Under the pieces are notes generated by a model that worked only from the letters and a program-made list of their open reading frames with translations, ran no database searches and was not told where the DNA came from. A program made the position numbers and the translations under genes. From Bugula neritina (Eukaryota; Animalia; Bryozoa), in assembly GCA_964035545.1 (NCBI GenBank), contig OZ037765.1:2170001-2234000 (forward strand): DNA of 64,000 nt, given 5' to 3'. Each line of letters begins with the position of its first letter. Within the stretch, counting starts at the first letter, position 1. Positions 17,473 through 30,270 of the stretch are shown here, piece by piece.

Positions 17473-20433
17473 TTATTTGCTGCAGACTACGCAATTCACC
17501 TCTTTTTTGGCATCATAAGGTGGGCAGTGGCCGACCGTCCCGTACCCAGAGCAATCAGTCCTAACAAAGTGAAACGTAGCTCCACCATTATCCCTATTCA
17601 GTCCCGAAATACGTTGTGGGTTAGCATCTACACACTCGTAGGTAGCCGGGTGCATATGGTTCCATTTCTCTGTCATCAGATAGCCTAAACAAGAATTGCA
17701 TCATATATATATATATAATTTTGCAGGTAGGAAAGAAAGAATTAAAAAGAATTTATAGGCTCATGGGTGATCAGTTTATTATAAGGACCTTTGTTACAAG
17801 TTTACTTACCTTCATATTCCTTTGTCCACCCAGCTAGACAAAATCTTTTAGCTGGCATCATCATCACTGCGGGCCTGCTTTTTGTATAACATCTTGCACA
17901 AGGGACATTCTCATCCCAAGTTGATCTGGAGAATATACCCGCAGTGTAAGATTTATATTCCGTTCCTCGTATTGCCGAGCCCATAAACCCATCATATGAA
18001 TAGTTGCTGTATTCTGGGTTGGCAGGAAGACACTGATAGTTAACTCCGCCTCCAGTGTCTGTGCTGTCACTGTTCCCAGCAAATCCTGTTTAGATAAATT
18101 CATGAGAAACTGGGTGACAACTTACAACAACAAGAGTGAACCTCTATAAACAAAATTTTTAAAAGAATATTCGTGAAGTCATGAGTTCAATTTTTGACAT
18201 GGCTAGTGATGATGTCAGGAAGGGCATCTGGTCATAATCATTCCTTGAAACTTCTCCAACCATGTTGTCAGCATGGCTACTTAAAAATCCTTGCAGGGTT
18301 ATAACAGTGAGGGATACTCACTCTCAGGGGGCATCAAAGTGACAGAGACCCACCTTTACCCTCAGGGGTTATATAACAGGAAAGGAGATTCTAACAATTG
18401 TGAGTGAGAGCTCACTACGTATACTCACAAATGTTACAACAATTTTATAGAGAATAAAATTTTCAATAGCTCATTGAAATGTATCCAGCATTTTAATATG
18501 TTTCTAAGAATTATACTATATATGCAACAGTACAACGTTGTGTTTGTGTTCCTATTTTAGAATAATTTCCTTCAAGTAATGGCTAACTAGCTAAAAGGCT
18601 TGCATATCCTACCTTTGTATAATAAACTCGAGTCACTCCCACACTCATCTCTCCCCCATCTGGTGTACACTCCACCACTTTTTGTCATATTACCATCTAA
18701 CCCGCGTGATCCTTTCTCGCCTTTAAGTCCTGGCATGCCATCTCGCCCAGGAAAACCCGAATTGCCAGCATCTCCTTTTTCACCTTTTAACCCAGAAAAT
18801 CCATCTAGTCCTGGTCGTCCTGGGTCACCTGGCGATCCTTTCAATCCGTCTAAACCAGGATATCCATCTCTTCCTACAATACAACTATTGTTTTGCTCTT
18901 TACAGCAACAACCATGGCTTTTCTCTTTGAACAACAGACATATTTTATTATCAGGTCTTTACATCCTGTTAATTGCATGGAACCTTATAATTTCAAGACA
19001 TGAATAAATAGTTTTATTTACCATCTCTTCCATCTGTACCATTTCTACCATCTTTTCCTGGAATTCCTTGGATTCCTGTAATTTAGTTTTAAAATGTCTA
19101 CATGCAGGCCTTGTCTAATAGGTAATTAGGTTAGAATTTGTCAAGATTTGTAATAAGCTTAAGTTTTACCAGTCATGTTAAGTTGGTTTAGTAATTCTGT
19201 TACATTCAATTCTGCTGGGTTTTCGTTGTCTGGCAATTCTCCAGTCACTAGCTGAAAAAAATGAAAAATAATGCTGTACATATTATACCTCTGCACTGCA
19301 TTATATTGATCCTTTCAAATATAATTATTCAACCAACATAAAATTGGCAGTGGGGAAACTATTACTTTTTATAGCCTATAAAACTATTAAAATGCCAGCA
19401 ATGGAAAAGCCAAATACACTTGAGCTTTTGCTCAGCTTCACTACAACTTGGAATGAGCAAAATCTAAACCAACAAAAAGCCACAGTCAAAAGCGCTACAT
19501 ACTGAACTCTAGCATTATTAGTTAATGTTTACTTTTTTCATCAAAGCTTTGGGTGCCATCACAAACTGTAAAACTTGCACTTTGTTGATCCAAACTTACA
19601 GATCATTCAACTCCCATTGAATTTAACTTTTCAACGTAGCTACTTTCTAAACTAAGTGTTGAAATAGTTTGTTTTGCTCTGCCTCCTAACATTATTCCCA
19701 ACCTTGGCAAAAAGTATGTTATGTACTAAAGTCTTTTTTCAATGGAAGGCTCTATAGTAAAAATGTCAATTTCAAATTTTCGCAATCCTACAGAAAACTA
19801 TACAATACTGTTTAGATATATTCAATGCGCTATAAGACAAATTAATCAAGTATTAATAAGTTAACAAACACCAATAGGTTAGTAACTATTTGTTGACAAT
19901 GAGAAAAGCTGACTAGCTATTCACATACTTTACTTGTAACTATTCTATCGTGATAGCTTTGTAACTTTATACTCACAAGATGGAGTAAATAATATGTAGT
20001 GTTCTTCTGAATCTCTATCTCCTCTTTAAGCTCGCTGTTTACCTCCCCTTGAACTGCAACCTCTAAGCTCTGTGACACTAAGGTGACCTCCAGCTTTTCT
20101 AGCTTGCTCTCCAGATCATCTGCTCTGCTCACCTGCTCTTTCAGTTGGGTGCCCAGGCTATCACAGTCACACGTCTGCCCATTTACAGGTGAGCAATTAA
20201 AGAAGGCACAGAATAACAATAGAAGACCAGCTGCAAAGAAAATTTTATGGTTCAATTCAACTTTAATAAAATATTGCACAATGTCAAAGTATGTGTATTA
20301 AATATCTATGATATATCTATGATCATAATTTTATGTTCAAGTGTAGGTAAAATGACAATTAAAACGTTTAATTACAAAAGCAAAAAATGAACCATCATAG
20401 TTTATTATCATACAAACCTATATGTCTGGCCAT
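17473..20433 (-). CDS. Secreted coiled-coil/short-chain collagen C4-like protein, array copy 1 (divergent)
   Basis: Exons 20433-20418, 20230-19977, 19251-19170, 19075-19022 (54 nt), 18873-18613, 18085-17810, 17684-17473. Signal peptide (MARHIAGLLLLFCAFF), CDC motif plus heptads, ~27 Gly-X-Y, head 'YTRWGR..C', '[10 protein letters not shown]', 'VPCARC', 'YECVD', 'CPPY..CVVCSK*'. Confidence 0.88.
18190..18285 (+). mobile_element. Degenerate SINE-like fragment in copy 1 intron
   Basis: Contains 'gtcaggaagggcatctggtcataa', resembling the conserved central domain of a widespread metazoan SINE group (Meta-type). Recognised from memory only. Confidence 0.35.
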
Positions 20434-22244
20434 TTCGCTCTTCTACCTGAAAACTACTAATGTAAAATGATGAACTCAGTATCAAAATCTGTATTTTATA
20501 TAACTTCTGCTGTTTTCTAGTTGCAGTGAGCCAATCAGGTTTAAGAACCGCCTTTATAATCTTACAAGGCTTTTAGCCAATGAATTGAGCATGTATGTGT
20601 CTGCAATTTGCAGTAATTTATTAAAATCAACAAAAGTTGATGAATCAATAAAAAAAATTCAAAATCATGTTTTTGAATAACTATAGATTAATGGCTAGCA
20701 GGTTTTGTAGCAACTACATACAAATGTACAATTGTTAAATTTAAATAACATTATTATTATTTTATGAACAAGAAATTGTTTAACAAAATATACAAATTTA
20801 CAATATTTTTAGTTGCAAGGGATTCATCGATCTTTATTCTCTGACGTAACACAGTTCTAGTCTAAAGTAATACAATAGTATTTTTAATGTTGGGCTTCAT
20901 TAGCCACTTCAATATTTATATTGTAATAGTGAATATTCAGGCCATTGTGTGTATTTGTAAGCGCAACAAATTGTAAAACCAGATTGAATTTGTGCATCAA
21001 AAGAGATGTCACATGACACAAAGAAACGTCACATGACATGAAGAGAGATGGCTTTACAGTATTATGGTAATTGACTTCCATTTAAGTGTCTTCTTTATCT
21101 TGTCTTCCTAGTTAACACTTTACTCACTAATCTGATTTGACTAGGTGGCATGCATCAATTGTATTATATATAATGGTATTCTACTGGACTATTTGAATGT
21201 CTAGAAACAAGACGCATCAATCCTAAGAGTTCTATTGATTATAGATACCAGAAATTTTCAAACTCTATCTAAAGGAGACAAAGATGTCACAATAATTGTC
21301 ATCTTTTAATAAAATGCACATATTTTAACAGCATGTACTCTTTAGATTTTATTATAACTCATTTGAGTTTGCATTCAAAATTCCAAAGTTGATATTAAAA
21401 TCAATATCATATTGACTAGAAACATAATGTAAGAACATATTTCTGTTTATGGCATATAATCTAATATAAAAACTGCGCAATAAGGAATTAATAAAAAAAC
21501 CTGGAGCTGTAATATCTGTTAAAAATTTTTTTGTCAATTAGATTAGTCACCTTTGACTAACAAAAAGAAGTTTCATTAGTTTCATATGTTATGGTAACCA
21601 TTGAACAAGTGAAACTAGAAACTGACATAATATTCCGGGCAGCTGTCAGTAATTGATGAAATCAATGCTTGCAAGTGCTTGCAGGTGACTACAAGGAAAT
21701 GTTTATACTTTGTTTAGCTTTTCAAGGAACTTTCACATAGCTTGTGGCATGTTTAAGGAACATTACCAGGGGTGTTTGATAAAATGTAATATTTATTTAC
21801 TTTATCAAATTTAGACTTTATCCTTCTTGTACTGTTATTAGAAAGTTAGTGTATTGAATATCAGATAAGCAGAATCTGTGCCAATAAATATGTGATATTC
21901 ATATTACTTAAATATTTATATGACAATAAATATGTAATATTCATACTATATACATTAGTTTTATATATAGCACAATATATGTATATTGCCTTAAAATGTG
22001 CCTAAAAAAACTGATTTTCTTTACATATATACACCTCGCTTATTAAATTATAAAATGCTCTAATGAGTTTCTAAATTTAGGTTTCAGTTTCAAGAATATG
22101 TTTACTTTATGTAACAGACAGACTAAATTCTAAGCAGTGAAACTCAGTAAAACTGGCGCCAGAAGTGCTTTGTAAACAGTCACTGTATACTAAAGCACCC
22201 AGACTGTAAAATGACAACTGTAAAATGAGAATGAAGCAGTTTAG

Positions 22245-22287
22245 ACACACGCACACGCACACATACGCACACACACACACACGCACA
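22245..22287. repeat. (CA)n-type microsatellite
   Basis: acacacgcacacgcacacatacgcacacacacacacacgcaca. Confidence 0.9.
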
Positions 22288-25200
22288 TGCATTATATTAT
22301 TGATGCGTAAAATGCACAGATTAAATAACTAGTCTGAACTCCTACAATTTTCAACTGCTTGCCCTGTATTGAATATGAGCAACTTTTAAAGCTGAAGCAA
22401 GTAAATGTAAAAACTGCAACGCAGTAAACGTTTAAGATACCAAAAATTTTTGCTCTCACAATATTCAACTATGCATTTATTTTTTTCTGAAATTGAACTT
22501 TTTTCTTGATCAAGCTAACCTATACAACTAAAGACATCATCATATAAAACACTTTGAGTTTTACAACTTTTTCAAGTGCGCTAACATAAGTGAGAAGTTT
22601 AGATCATCAATATAGCAGTGATCTTGCCAATTGTTAGAAGAGCGTAACATAGCTATATCCTAATGTCAATACACCATTTCATGGAAGAGAGTCTCGCGCT
22701 GTTCTGAGTTATATTTATGGTGGTCGCTTTACTTGCCAGTATATCAAAGTTTCTCCAGCGTCATACCAGTTGATTTTCAAATTCTATATATTTTAATGTG
22801 CGAGTTTCATTATTTTTCTATTTTTGTTTATTTTTTCTGGTATTTATCTGTGATCAATTTATTATTTTAAAACTCATGCATGTCATATAAAAACTATATT
22901 GTAATCAATCACACAAAGATATAAGTATTTCTGTGAGTTTATAATTTTTCAGTTTAGATTAATTGTAAAGCAATAAAAAGAAACATGCATAACTTTTACC
23001 AGGTTTTGTAAGAGCTTACGCTTATTAAAAAGCATGAAAATCAATATAATATATACATAAGTGCGTTAAGTAAAAACACAGTGCTAAGGATCACAATATT
23101 ACATATTATATAGCATTGCTATATTTGTAACTATAAAGGTTAGAAACTATTTTAATAAAATTTTCATTAGTAAACTATTAGTAGTTTTCTACTCAGTAGA
23201 ATTTAATGGCACTGCTGCCTGTAACTAGTTGCTATTATTTAGTACAGACAACACAAGTCAGCTGTTTGTCACCATCATAAGGTGGACAGTACTCTGTATT
23301 AATATGCTGCCCGACACAGCCAGATTTCACAAAATAAAACTTTCCTGGACTCCATTTAGACTCTTCTGCTTCTATGAACTCTGGTTCAGCATCCACACAC
23401 TCATATGTGGAGGACATTCTGTTACCATAACTGGCCATCAGGTAACCTACAAATAATAGATTCAAATTTTAGTAGTTCACAGAGCAATACTAGTTGTCAG
23501 CAATTCAATTGCGGATAATTTACTCTCTTCATGCTTTTAAAAATTCAAGTTTTTAAAAAACCTGATAAATAAAATATACATAGGTAGATCAAACAGAGAT
23601 ATTGAAACTAATAATAAACTCACTTAAAGTTTTGTAGCAAAGGGGTGGTATTCTTGGTTCTTAAAGACAATTATTCTAAATTAATTAATTATTTGATGAT
23701 GAAAATACACGAGTCAAATTTCCCAGTTCATTGGCATGAGTATATTTTCAAGTGAGTAGAAAAACGCCAAATAAAAAACATTATCCTGATCTTGCTGCAA
23801 AATCTATTCAAATTTACTTTAACAATCAACCAAACACAATGCAGCAACATTTAAAATTCTGCATAAAAGATATGCAATATTGTTGTATTATAATGTACTC
23901 GCTATAATGTTACGCTTTTATTAGGTCAAGGTTACCTTCAGTTTGAATAAAGTTATCGCCATGTTAAATACAATACTTGCTCGTGTTCATTAACAAAATA
24001 TAATCCACTTCATCCGCGCAACCATAATATTACAAATATTTTGACATAAGATGTTGAAAACAATACCTTCATACTCTCTAATCCACCCAGCTGGACAACT
24101 TCGTTTAACTGGAATTACCATAACTGCTGGTCTGTTCTCAGTATAGCACTTGGCACATGGAACCTGCTTGCCATGAGTTGAATTTGGGAATATCCCATAG
24201 CTAAAAGAAGCATATTCTACACTAGTCATAGGTGAACCAGCTGAAGATCCATTGGAGTATTGGTTGTATTGCGGGCTGAGAGAGAGACATTGATAGTTTG
24301 CTCCTCCATTAGGGCGATAATTAGATGGGCTTCCTCCAGTAAAACCTGAAGAAATATAACTAGCAGTAAATGTCAGTTTAAATTGTATTTTGGCAAAACT
24401 AAGTAATTATAGAATCAAAATATGTTTCTTTATTATATTGACACTTCTAGGTGTCAATATAATAATGAAACATATTTTTTTGATTATGTAGCTATTATAA
24501 TAGAGTTTTCTTACAATTCCATATAAAGATGACTACAATCAGCATCTGCTATAGAATTCAGCAGATATGTAGATATAGGTATCATAAAACTAAAAACTAG
24601 ACTAAGATTTGAAAGAAAGAGGTAAGAGAGCACTTTTCTGCCTTTTTAGCTTTTACTCTAATGTTGTTCAACATTACCTGAGGATCAATGTTTACTACAG
24701 CAAACCACTGATATTAACTATAAGCTGCAATGCCAAACCCATTAACTGCATATGTGTTATTATCTTGCATAATCCAACTTGTGTACAGTAACTGTGGCAG
24801 GATTTGTCTCCTCATTAGCACAAGCTAGAACGGCATAATCCACATTTTTACATATGCTTTACCATATGCGTAACATTAAGCCACTCTGGGAGTCGTGAGC
24901 CTTGTTTAGTACCAAACAGTGTTATTTCATAGCCACATGCACGTAGTCAAACAGGAAGCATGTTACTCAACAACACCAGGAAAATCACTAATAAATTTTA
25001 CCTGAATAAAGCAGAGTAGAATGAGGGCCACATGAGGTCCGTCCCCATCTTGTGTAAACATTACCATTGGTTATCTCAGGCGTTCTACCTGGTCTTCCAG
25101 TTGCTCCTCTATCACCCTTTTGTCCAGAATCACCCTTGAGTCCAGCTAATCCTGGAAGTCCTGGTAATCCATTGTCTCCTTTTTGACCTGGTAGTCCATT

Positions 25201-25729
25201 TAGTCCAGGAGCACCTTTTGGCCCTGGAATGCCAGGATAACCAGGAGATCCATCTCTGCCTGAAATTTTAATAATAATAACAATAATTTTAATTAATTTT
25301 TGTAAAACCCAGACACTTTCATATGTTTACAAAACATTATTTATTAAAAAGTATCAGATAATTTTAACATAAAAATGAGCATCTGGTGAATCTTTAATTA
25401 AATTAAGCAGAAACATTTTCATATGTTGTTTCTTTAAGTAATAGGTCACCAGAGGTCAGCATAGGTCATCAAAGGTCAAGTATAAAACACAAGCTCTATT
25501 TATTTCTGACAATCAGAGTTTTCTTTTAATCAACTATAAATCAAATCAATTACTAAATTAAAAAGTTGTTGATATTGCAGGTTACGTAATAGATTACGTA
25601 ATAAAGGTACATGTTACATGTAATTACCAACTAAGTTGAAGATTCACATTAATCTGTTGTAGTATAAAATATTTCTATAATCACACTGAAATAGTTTAAG
25701 CCTTCTTTATATTTATAATTCCTTGCTTG

Positions 25730-25888
25730 CTATATTATTATAATATAGTATTATATTATAATATTGTATTATTTTATAATATTGTATTATATTATAATAT
25801 TGTAATATATTATAATATTATATTATATTATAATATTGTAATATATTATAATATTGTAATATATTATAATATTGTATTATATTATATT
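25730..25888. repeat. 18-bp AT-rich minisatellite in copy 2 intron
   Basis: tattataatattgta(a/t)ta units, ~8 copies. Confidence 0.88.
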
Positions 25889-27231
25889 TGTACTTTGATC
25901 TTTTCATATCATGTCCCATGGTTATTATCCTATATATTAGTTTTTACTATGATGGCTATGATAATTGAATGTATTTTACAGTTTCTCTTATGAACTAGTC
26001 TCATGAATTTAAATCAGTTTTATTTACCATGCAACCCATTTAAACCGTCTCTTCCATCCTCACCATCTTTGCTATTTAAGCCGTCTCTACCATTGACACC
26101 ATCTTTCCCATCTCTACCAGAAATTCCTCTCACACCTATAATATTATGTAGTTGATTTAGGAAGAGAAGATACATTTTATTATAGACTGAGAAACTATAG
26201 CTTTTAATCTTTTAAAACAAATAATTAAAATTAAAATTTTCATTTACCAAAAAATGCAGATTTGGTCCAATAGCTTTGCTACATCTTCTTCATTTTTCCC
26301 TTCTGTTTCATCTATTTTAGGCATTTGCCCAATAAGCAGCTGTGGCGGGATAACAATATGGATATCATTAAAGCTTGTTTTGTCAAATTTGAAATGCATT
26401 GTGTTGCTCTCCAAAATCTCATAAGTATAAAGTAGTGGTATTTTGTTTTCCAAGTCTGTTGAAAATATTAATTGTTAATTTAGTTACTATATTGCAGATT
26501 ACTAGTAATCTAATAAAAACAATATTTTTTTTATAAAATTCTAGACTAGAAGCATTTTGATGCAAGAAATTTTTAAAAAATAATCTGATGCAATGACTCA
26601 GTATTTTGAACCGAAAACTCAAGAGACTATACTTGACTAAATTCCTTTTTATACACGTATTTCCAGTTATGATTTTTCTTATTTCATTTTGTCATAAGTA
26701 ATGGAAAAATATCAAAGCACCAGCTTTTACTCATCAAATTTAAAATTATGCTATTCAATGTACTATAGCTAGCATTTTTGCATCACTAGAATTAAGCTTA
26801 AAGTTTGCTGGCTTAAACCATGTAGTGTTTGGTCCTTTGTAAAATGGAGAAAAACGGAGAAAACACTGTTTAAAAAAAATTATAGAATAAAACTTTACAT
26901 ATTGTATTCACAAGTTGTTTTGCTTTTCTCTGTTATGTGTAATTAATATTTTAGATGCATTTAATATGATCAGGCTGCAAAAATTTCGATAGCTGCTTTT
27001 TCTTTCAGCTTTACAATAATATAAAGAAAACAGCAAACTACAAGCCATACCTATCTTCTAAGCTATATAATAAAATTTAGACTAAGTGATTTCTCGGGTT
27101 GAAAAAAGTAATATTTCATACCAACATTTTTTTCCTCATAAATGAAACTCTCTAGACAATTAATTCTGTTTCTAAACAGAAGTATAATTACAAACTTTGA
27201 TCAGGGATTACAGTACAAGAAACTGTACACA

Positions 27232-27476
27232 ACACTTACAGCAATCAACACACTTACAGCAATCAATACACTTACAGCAATCAACACACTTACAGCAATC
27301 AATACACTTACAGCAATCAACACACTTACAGCAATCAATATACTTACAGCAATCAATATACTTACAGCAATCAACACACTTACAGCAATCAACACACTTA
27401 CAGCAATCAACACACTCACAGCAATCAATATACTTACAGCAATCAATATACTTACAGCAATCAATATACTTACAGC
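27232..27476. repeat. 18-bp minisatellite (13 units) containing the exon-2 splice donor of copy 2
   Basis: Unit cacttacagcaatcaa(c/t)a; on the gene strand it reads GCT|GTAAGT(a/g)t(a/g)ttgatt. Confidence 0.95.
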
Positions 27477-28588
27477 TTGAAGTAAAGAATATAAAGTTTT
27501 CTGTTGAGCCTGCAGCTGGTTTTTCAGCTCTGCATTAACTTTATCTTGAACAGCCATTCTATTCTCCAGCAATTCTATCTTGTCTTTAAATTCTGTGGTT
27601 TCTTTCTGCTGCACTTCCACCAGCATTTTGAGTTCTCCGCAGTCACAGCTGGTTTCAGCAGCAGAAGAATGACTCATAAGGAAGCAGAAGACTAAAAGTG
27701 CTGAAATGTATGTGAAATTTTCCATAAAACTAACTGACTGTATATACAATGATGACATCTTTCAAACAATTTAAATTATATATTTAATGAAAGTAATGCT
27801 CAATATGCGTAGAGAATAAAAATAGATACATCAAAAATTTCAAGGCTTAATCTGTAACGTTTAAAGCACTGCAACCTTTTACGGGATAAAATATTCAAAA
27901 GCAACTAAAAATGTAAACAATAATAACAAAATATTGATGAAGTGTTTAGTTTTGCAGTTCTGTCGCAATGGATGGAATGAAATTTTATTTCACCGTTCAA
28001 CACTTTAGAAATCTTGCATGTCATCAGAAAATGTTGTTCTATCGTAAAAGCTCGCCCCTTTATATTGTTCATGAAATGCAGCAAGTTGACAGCAGAACTT
28101 AAAAAGTATTATCAACACTTTAACTTACTCTAACTTTTGCCCAATAATTTAAAAACAATCAAAAAGTTATTCTGTTAATTAGGCCTGGTGTATTATAATG
28201 TTGCATTTCGTTTTGACTTCTTAAAAGCTAGTTTTAAAAAAGTTAAGATTTCTATTGTCAAATAACATGAAAGCTAAAAGAACAAGTAAAACAGCACTCA
28301 CCTATGTAAGCATCCATTATGTGTACTCTTCAGTAACAACCACCTTAATAAACTGACATCCTAGCTAAGTTCTCGCCAGTTTTTATGATTCAATCATTTA
28401 TTAAAGTCATTCAATTTATTCAGCTGGCTTTCCAAAATACCAAATCACGATTATTATTGTTCATAATGTATACACAATAAGATAATGTTTGTATTCTCAA
28501 TTGACATAACTATAATAGCTAGCAATGGCAAAATTAGTTTTTTTATGTAGCATGTATTTTACCTGCCGTATTTGAGCTTCCTTATTGG

Positions 28589-28705
28589 GAGCAGCCGTGG
28601 TCTAGGGGTTAGAGCGTTTGCTTATAGTGAACATGAATTGGGTTTGGAACCTGACAAAATCAGAATTGCTGCTGTGCCCCATTTGAACAAGTCCTTAGCC
28701 CGATT
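28589..28705 (+). mobile_element. tRNA-derived SINE remnant
   Basis: A-box-like 'gtggtctaggggttagagcg', degenerate B box 'gggtttggaacc', followed by core-like 'gctgtgcccc..ttgaacaagtcctta'. Confidence 0.5.
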
Positions 28706-29038
28706 TAACAAAAACTCTCTCTATTAAAGGTTTTTCACAAGGCTAGCAACTATAAACATGCAGTAGTGAGTTTATTTGAGCTTCAATATTGTTGTTTGGG
28801 AGTTTTTAAAACATGAAGTCTTGTAGTTTCTAAAACTACTAAAAGTAGCGGATACAGTGACTGAATGACAAAACATATTAAAGCATAGTTAAGCTGTAGA
28901 TTAATCATTTATTTCGGAAGAATATCATGAAACTTAAACTTTAAAATTATTATCTGTCCATTCCCAATAAAAAGTAATGTAAACCAATTTAAAGCTTAAA
29001 TAAATACAAACTGGTTCAACTATATTACTAAATGTGAT

Positions 29039-29353
29039 GATCACGAGTGATTTTAGGTGGAAATGGCACAGGTAATAATGGCACAGGTAATAATTTGGCA
29101 CAGGTAATAATTTGGCACAGGTAATAATTAGGCACAAATGAAAAATTAGAAAAAAATGGCACACGATGTTAAATTTTTCCAAACCCCAAACCCCACCTCT
29201 TCCCAAAGTCTCAACTTCTCACCCAAACCCTAATATTTGAAATGTGCCATTTTACCCACTTTGCCATTTGTGCCATTATTACCTGCAGCATTTTTACCTG
29301 TGCCACTTTTACCTGTGCTATTATTACTTGCGCCATTTTGTTGGACGCGGATC
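29039..29353. mobile_element. MITE-like insertion with internal ~15-16 bp direct repeats and inverted copies
   Basis: tggcacaggtaataa x4 on the left, reverse-complement ttacctgtgc(c)a-type copies on the right, central aaaccc repeats. It interrupts the spacer motif 'aaatgtgatg...tcttgacacc', which is contiguous at ~34077, 43298, 57379 and 63817. Confidence 0.7.
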
Positions 29354-30270
29354 ATGTCTTGACACCACATAAGACGTTTACAAGTTTTCACTGAAAGAGT
29401 TGACTTGGTTGAACTCTAGAAGGAAGTGTGTTGGTATTTGATAAGTAAAGAGAAGAGATTGTATCTCTATACAGCTTTGTGTGTTTGGATATTAAATGTT
29501 TTACGTAACTACCATTGTAAATACTATGTCTCCGTCAATTGTCTATTTGAATTGTATATAGCTTTTTTATTTTATTTATAAGCAATGCAATTGAATTAAA
29601 TATCAGGTATTTCTTTTATTATAGTTGCAACACATTCAATGCAGCAATGCATCTACTTTGTGTGCAATGTGCTCTTGTTGAAAATGTTGCTATTAAATCT
29701 AAAAACCTGAATATAATATCTGCCTCATGTTAAAGTTAATCAAAAATCATTTTGAATAAAGATATTTTGTGTGATTGACTTTTTATTAAATTATAAGATG
29801 AAACTTTCTGCTCCTACAAAGTAGTCAATGTTGAAGCCGTACAAAAATATTGACCAAAAATGTTTTCAGAACTTACATCATAAAACTTTTGCCCCCACTA
29901 AGATACAAACTCGAGACCTCCGGCTACAAACTGCAAGAGAACTACTATAAGTACACAGACATAGTGGGAAGAATTCTGAAAGATAAACAAAATGTTTGTA
30001 AAAAACGATAAAGCTTTATTGTTTATTACATTTTAATAAGAAAGACCAAAGTTTGCACTTTTTAGAAATTACTCAATTTTAGCAACATTAGTGTGGTTAG
30101 TAATTCTATCACAGTATTTTAAGTTTTAATGATAAGCTCAGAAAGCAGCTGTTTAAAGTATTACCGCTAGCAAAATGTCAGATTATTTAAAAATAAAAAG
30201 TCTGAGTAAAACTGGAGGTTTATAGGTTAATCTATAAGAAAATTCATCAATAGAGTTGCCTTTAGCAAAG

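Larger units (their letters stand above)
23235..28317 (-). pseudogene. Coiled-coil/short-chain collagen C4-like gene, copy 2 (divergent; apparent +1 frameshift at end of linker exon, pseudogene or sequencing error)
   Basis: Exons 28317-28302, 27700-27474, 26339-26248, 26135-26028 (108 nt), 25259-25002, 24345-24067, 23446-23235. The linker exon is 92 nt versus 91 in copies 3-9 because of an A6 run (26249-26254) where they have A5. Otherwise open. Confidence 0.75.

Noticed and set aside
25727-25993. Tyr/Asn/Ile-rich ORF
   Set aside because: Translation of an AT-rich minisatellite in an intron.
27142-27538. Plus-strand repetitive ORFs (TAINTL / QQSTHL) and a CRISPR-like appearance
   Set aside because: Contiguous 18-bp minisatellite without unique spacers, in a eukaryote; the ORFs are repeat artefacts.
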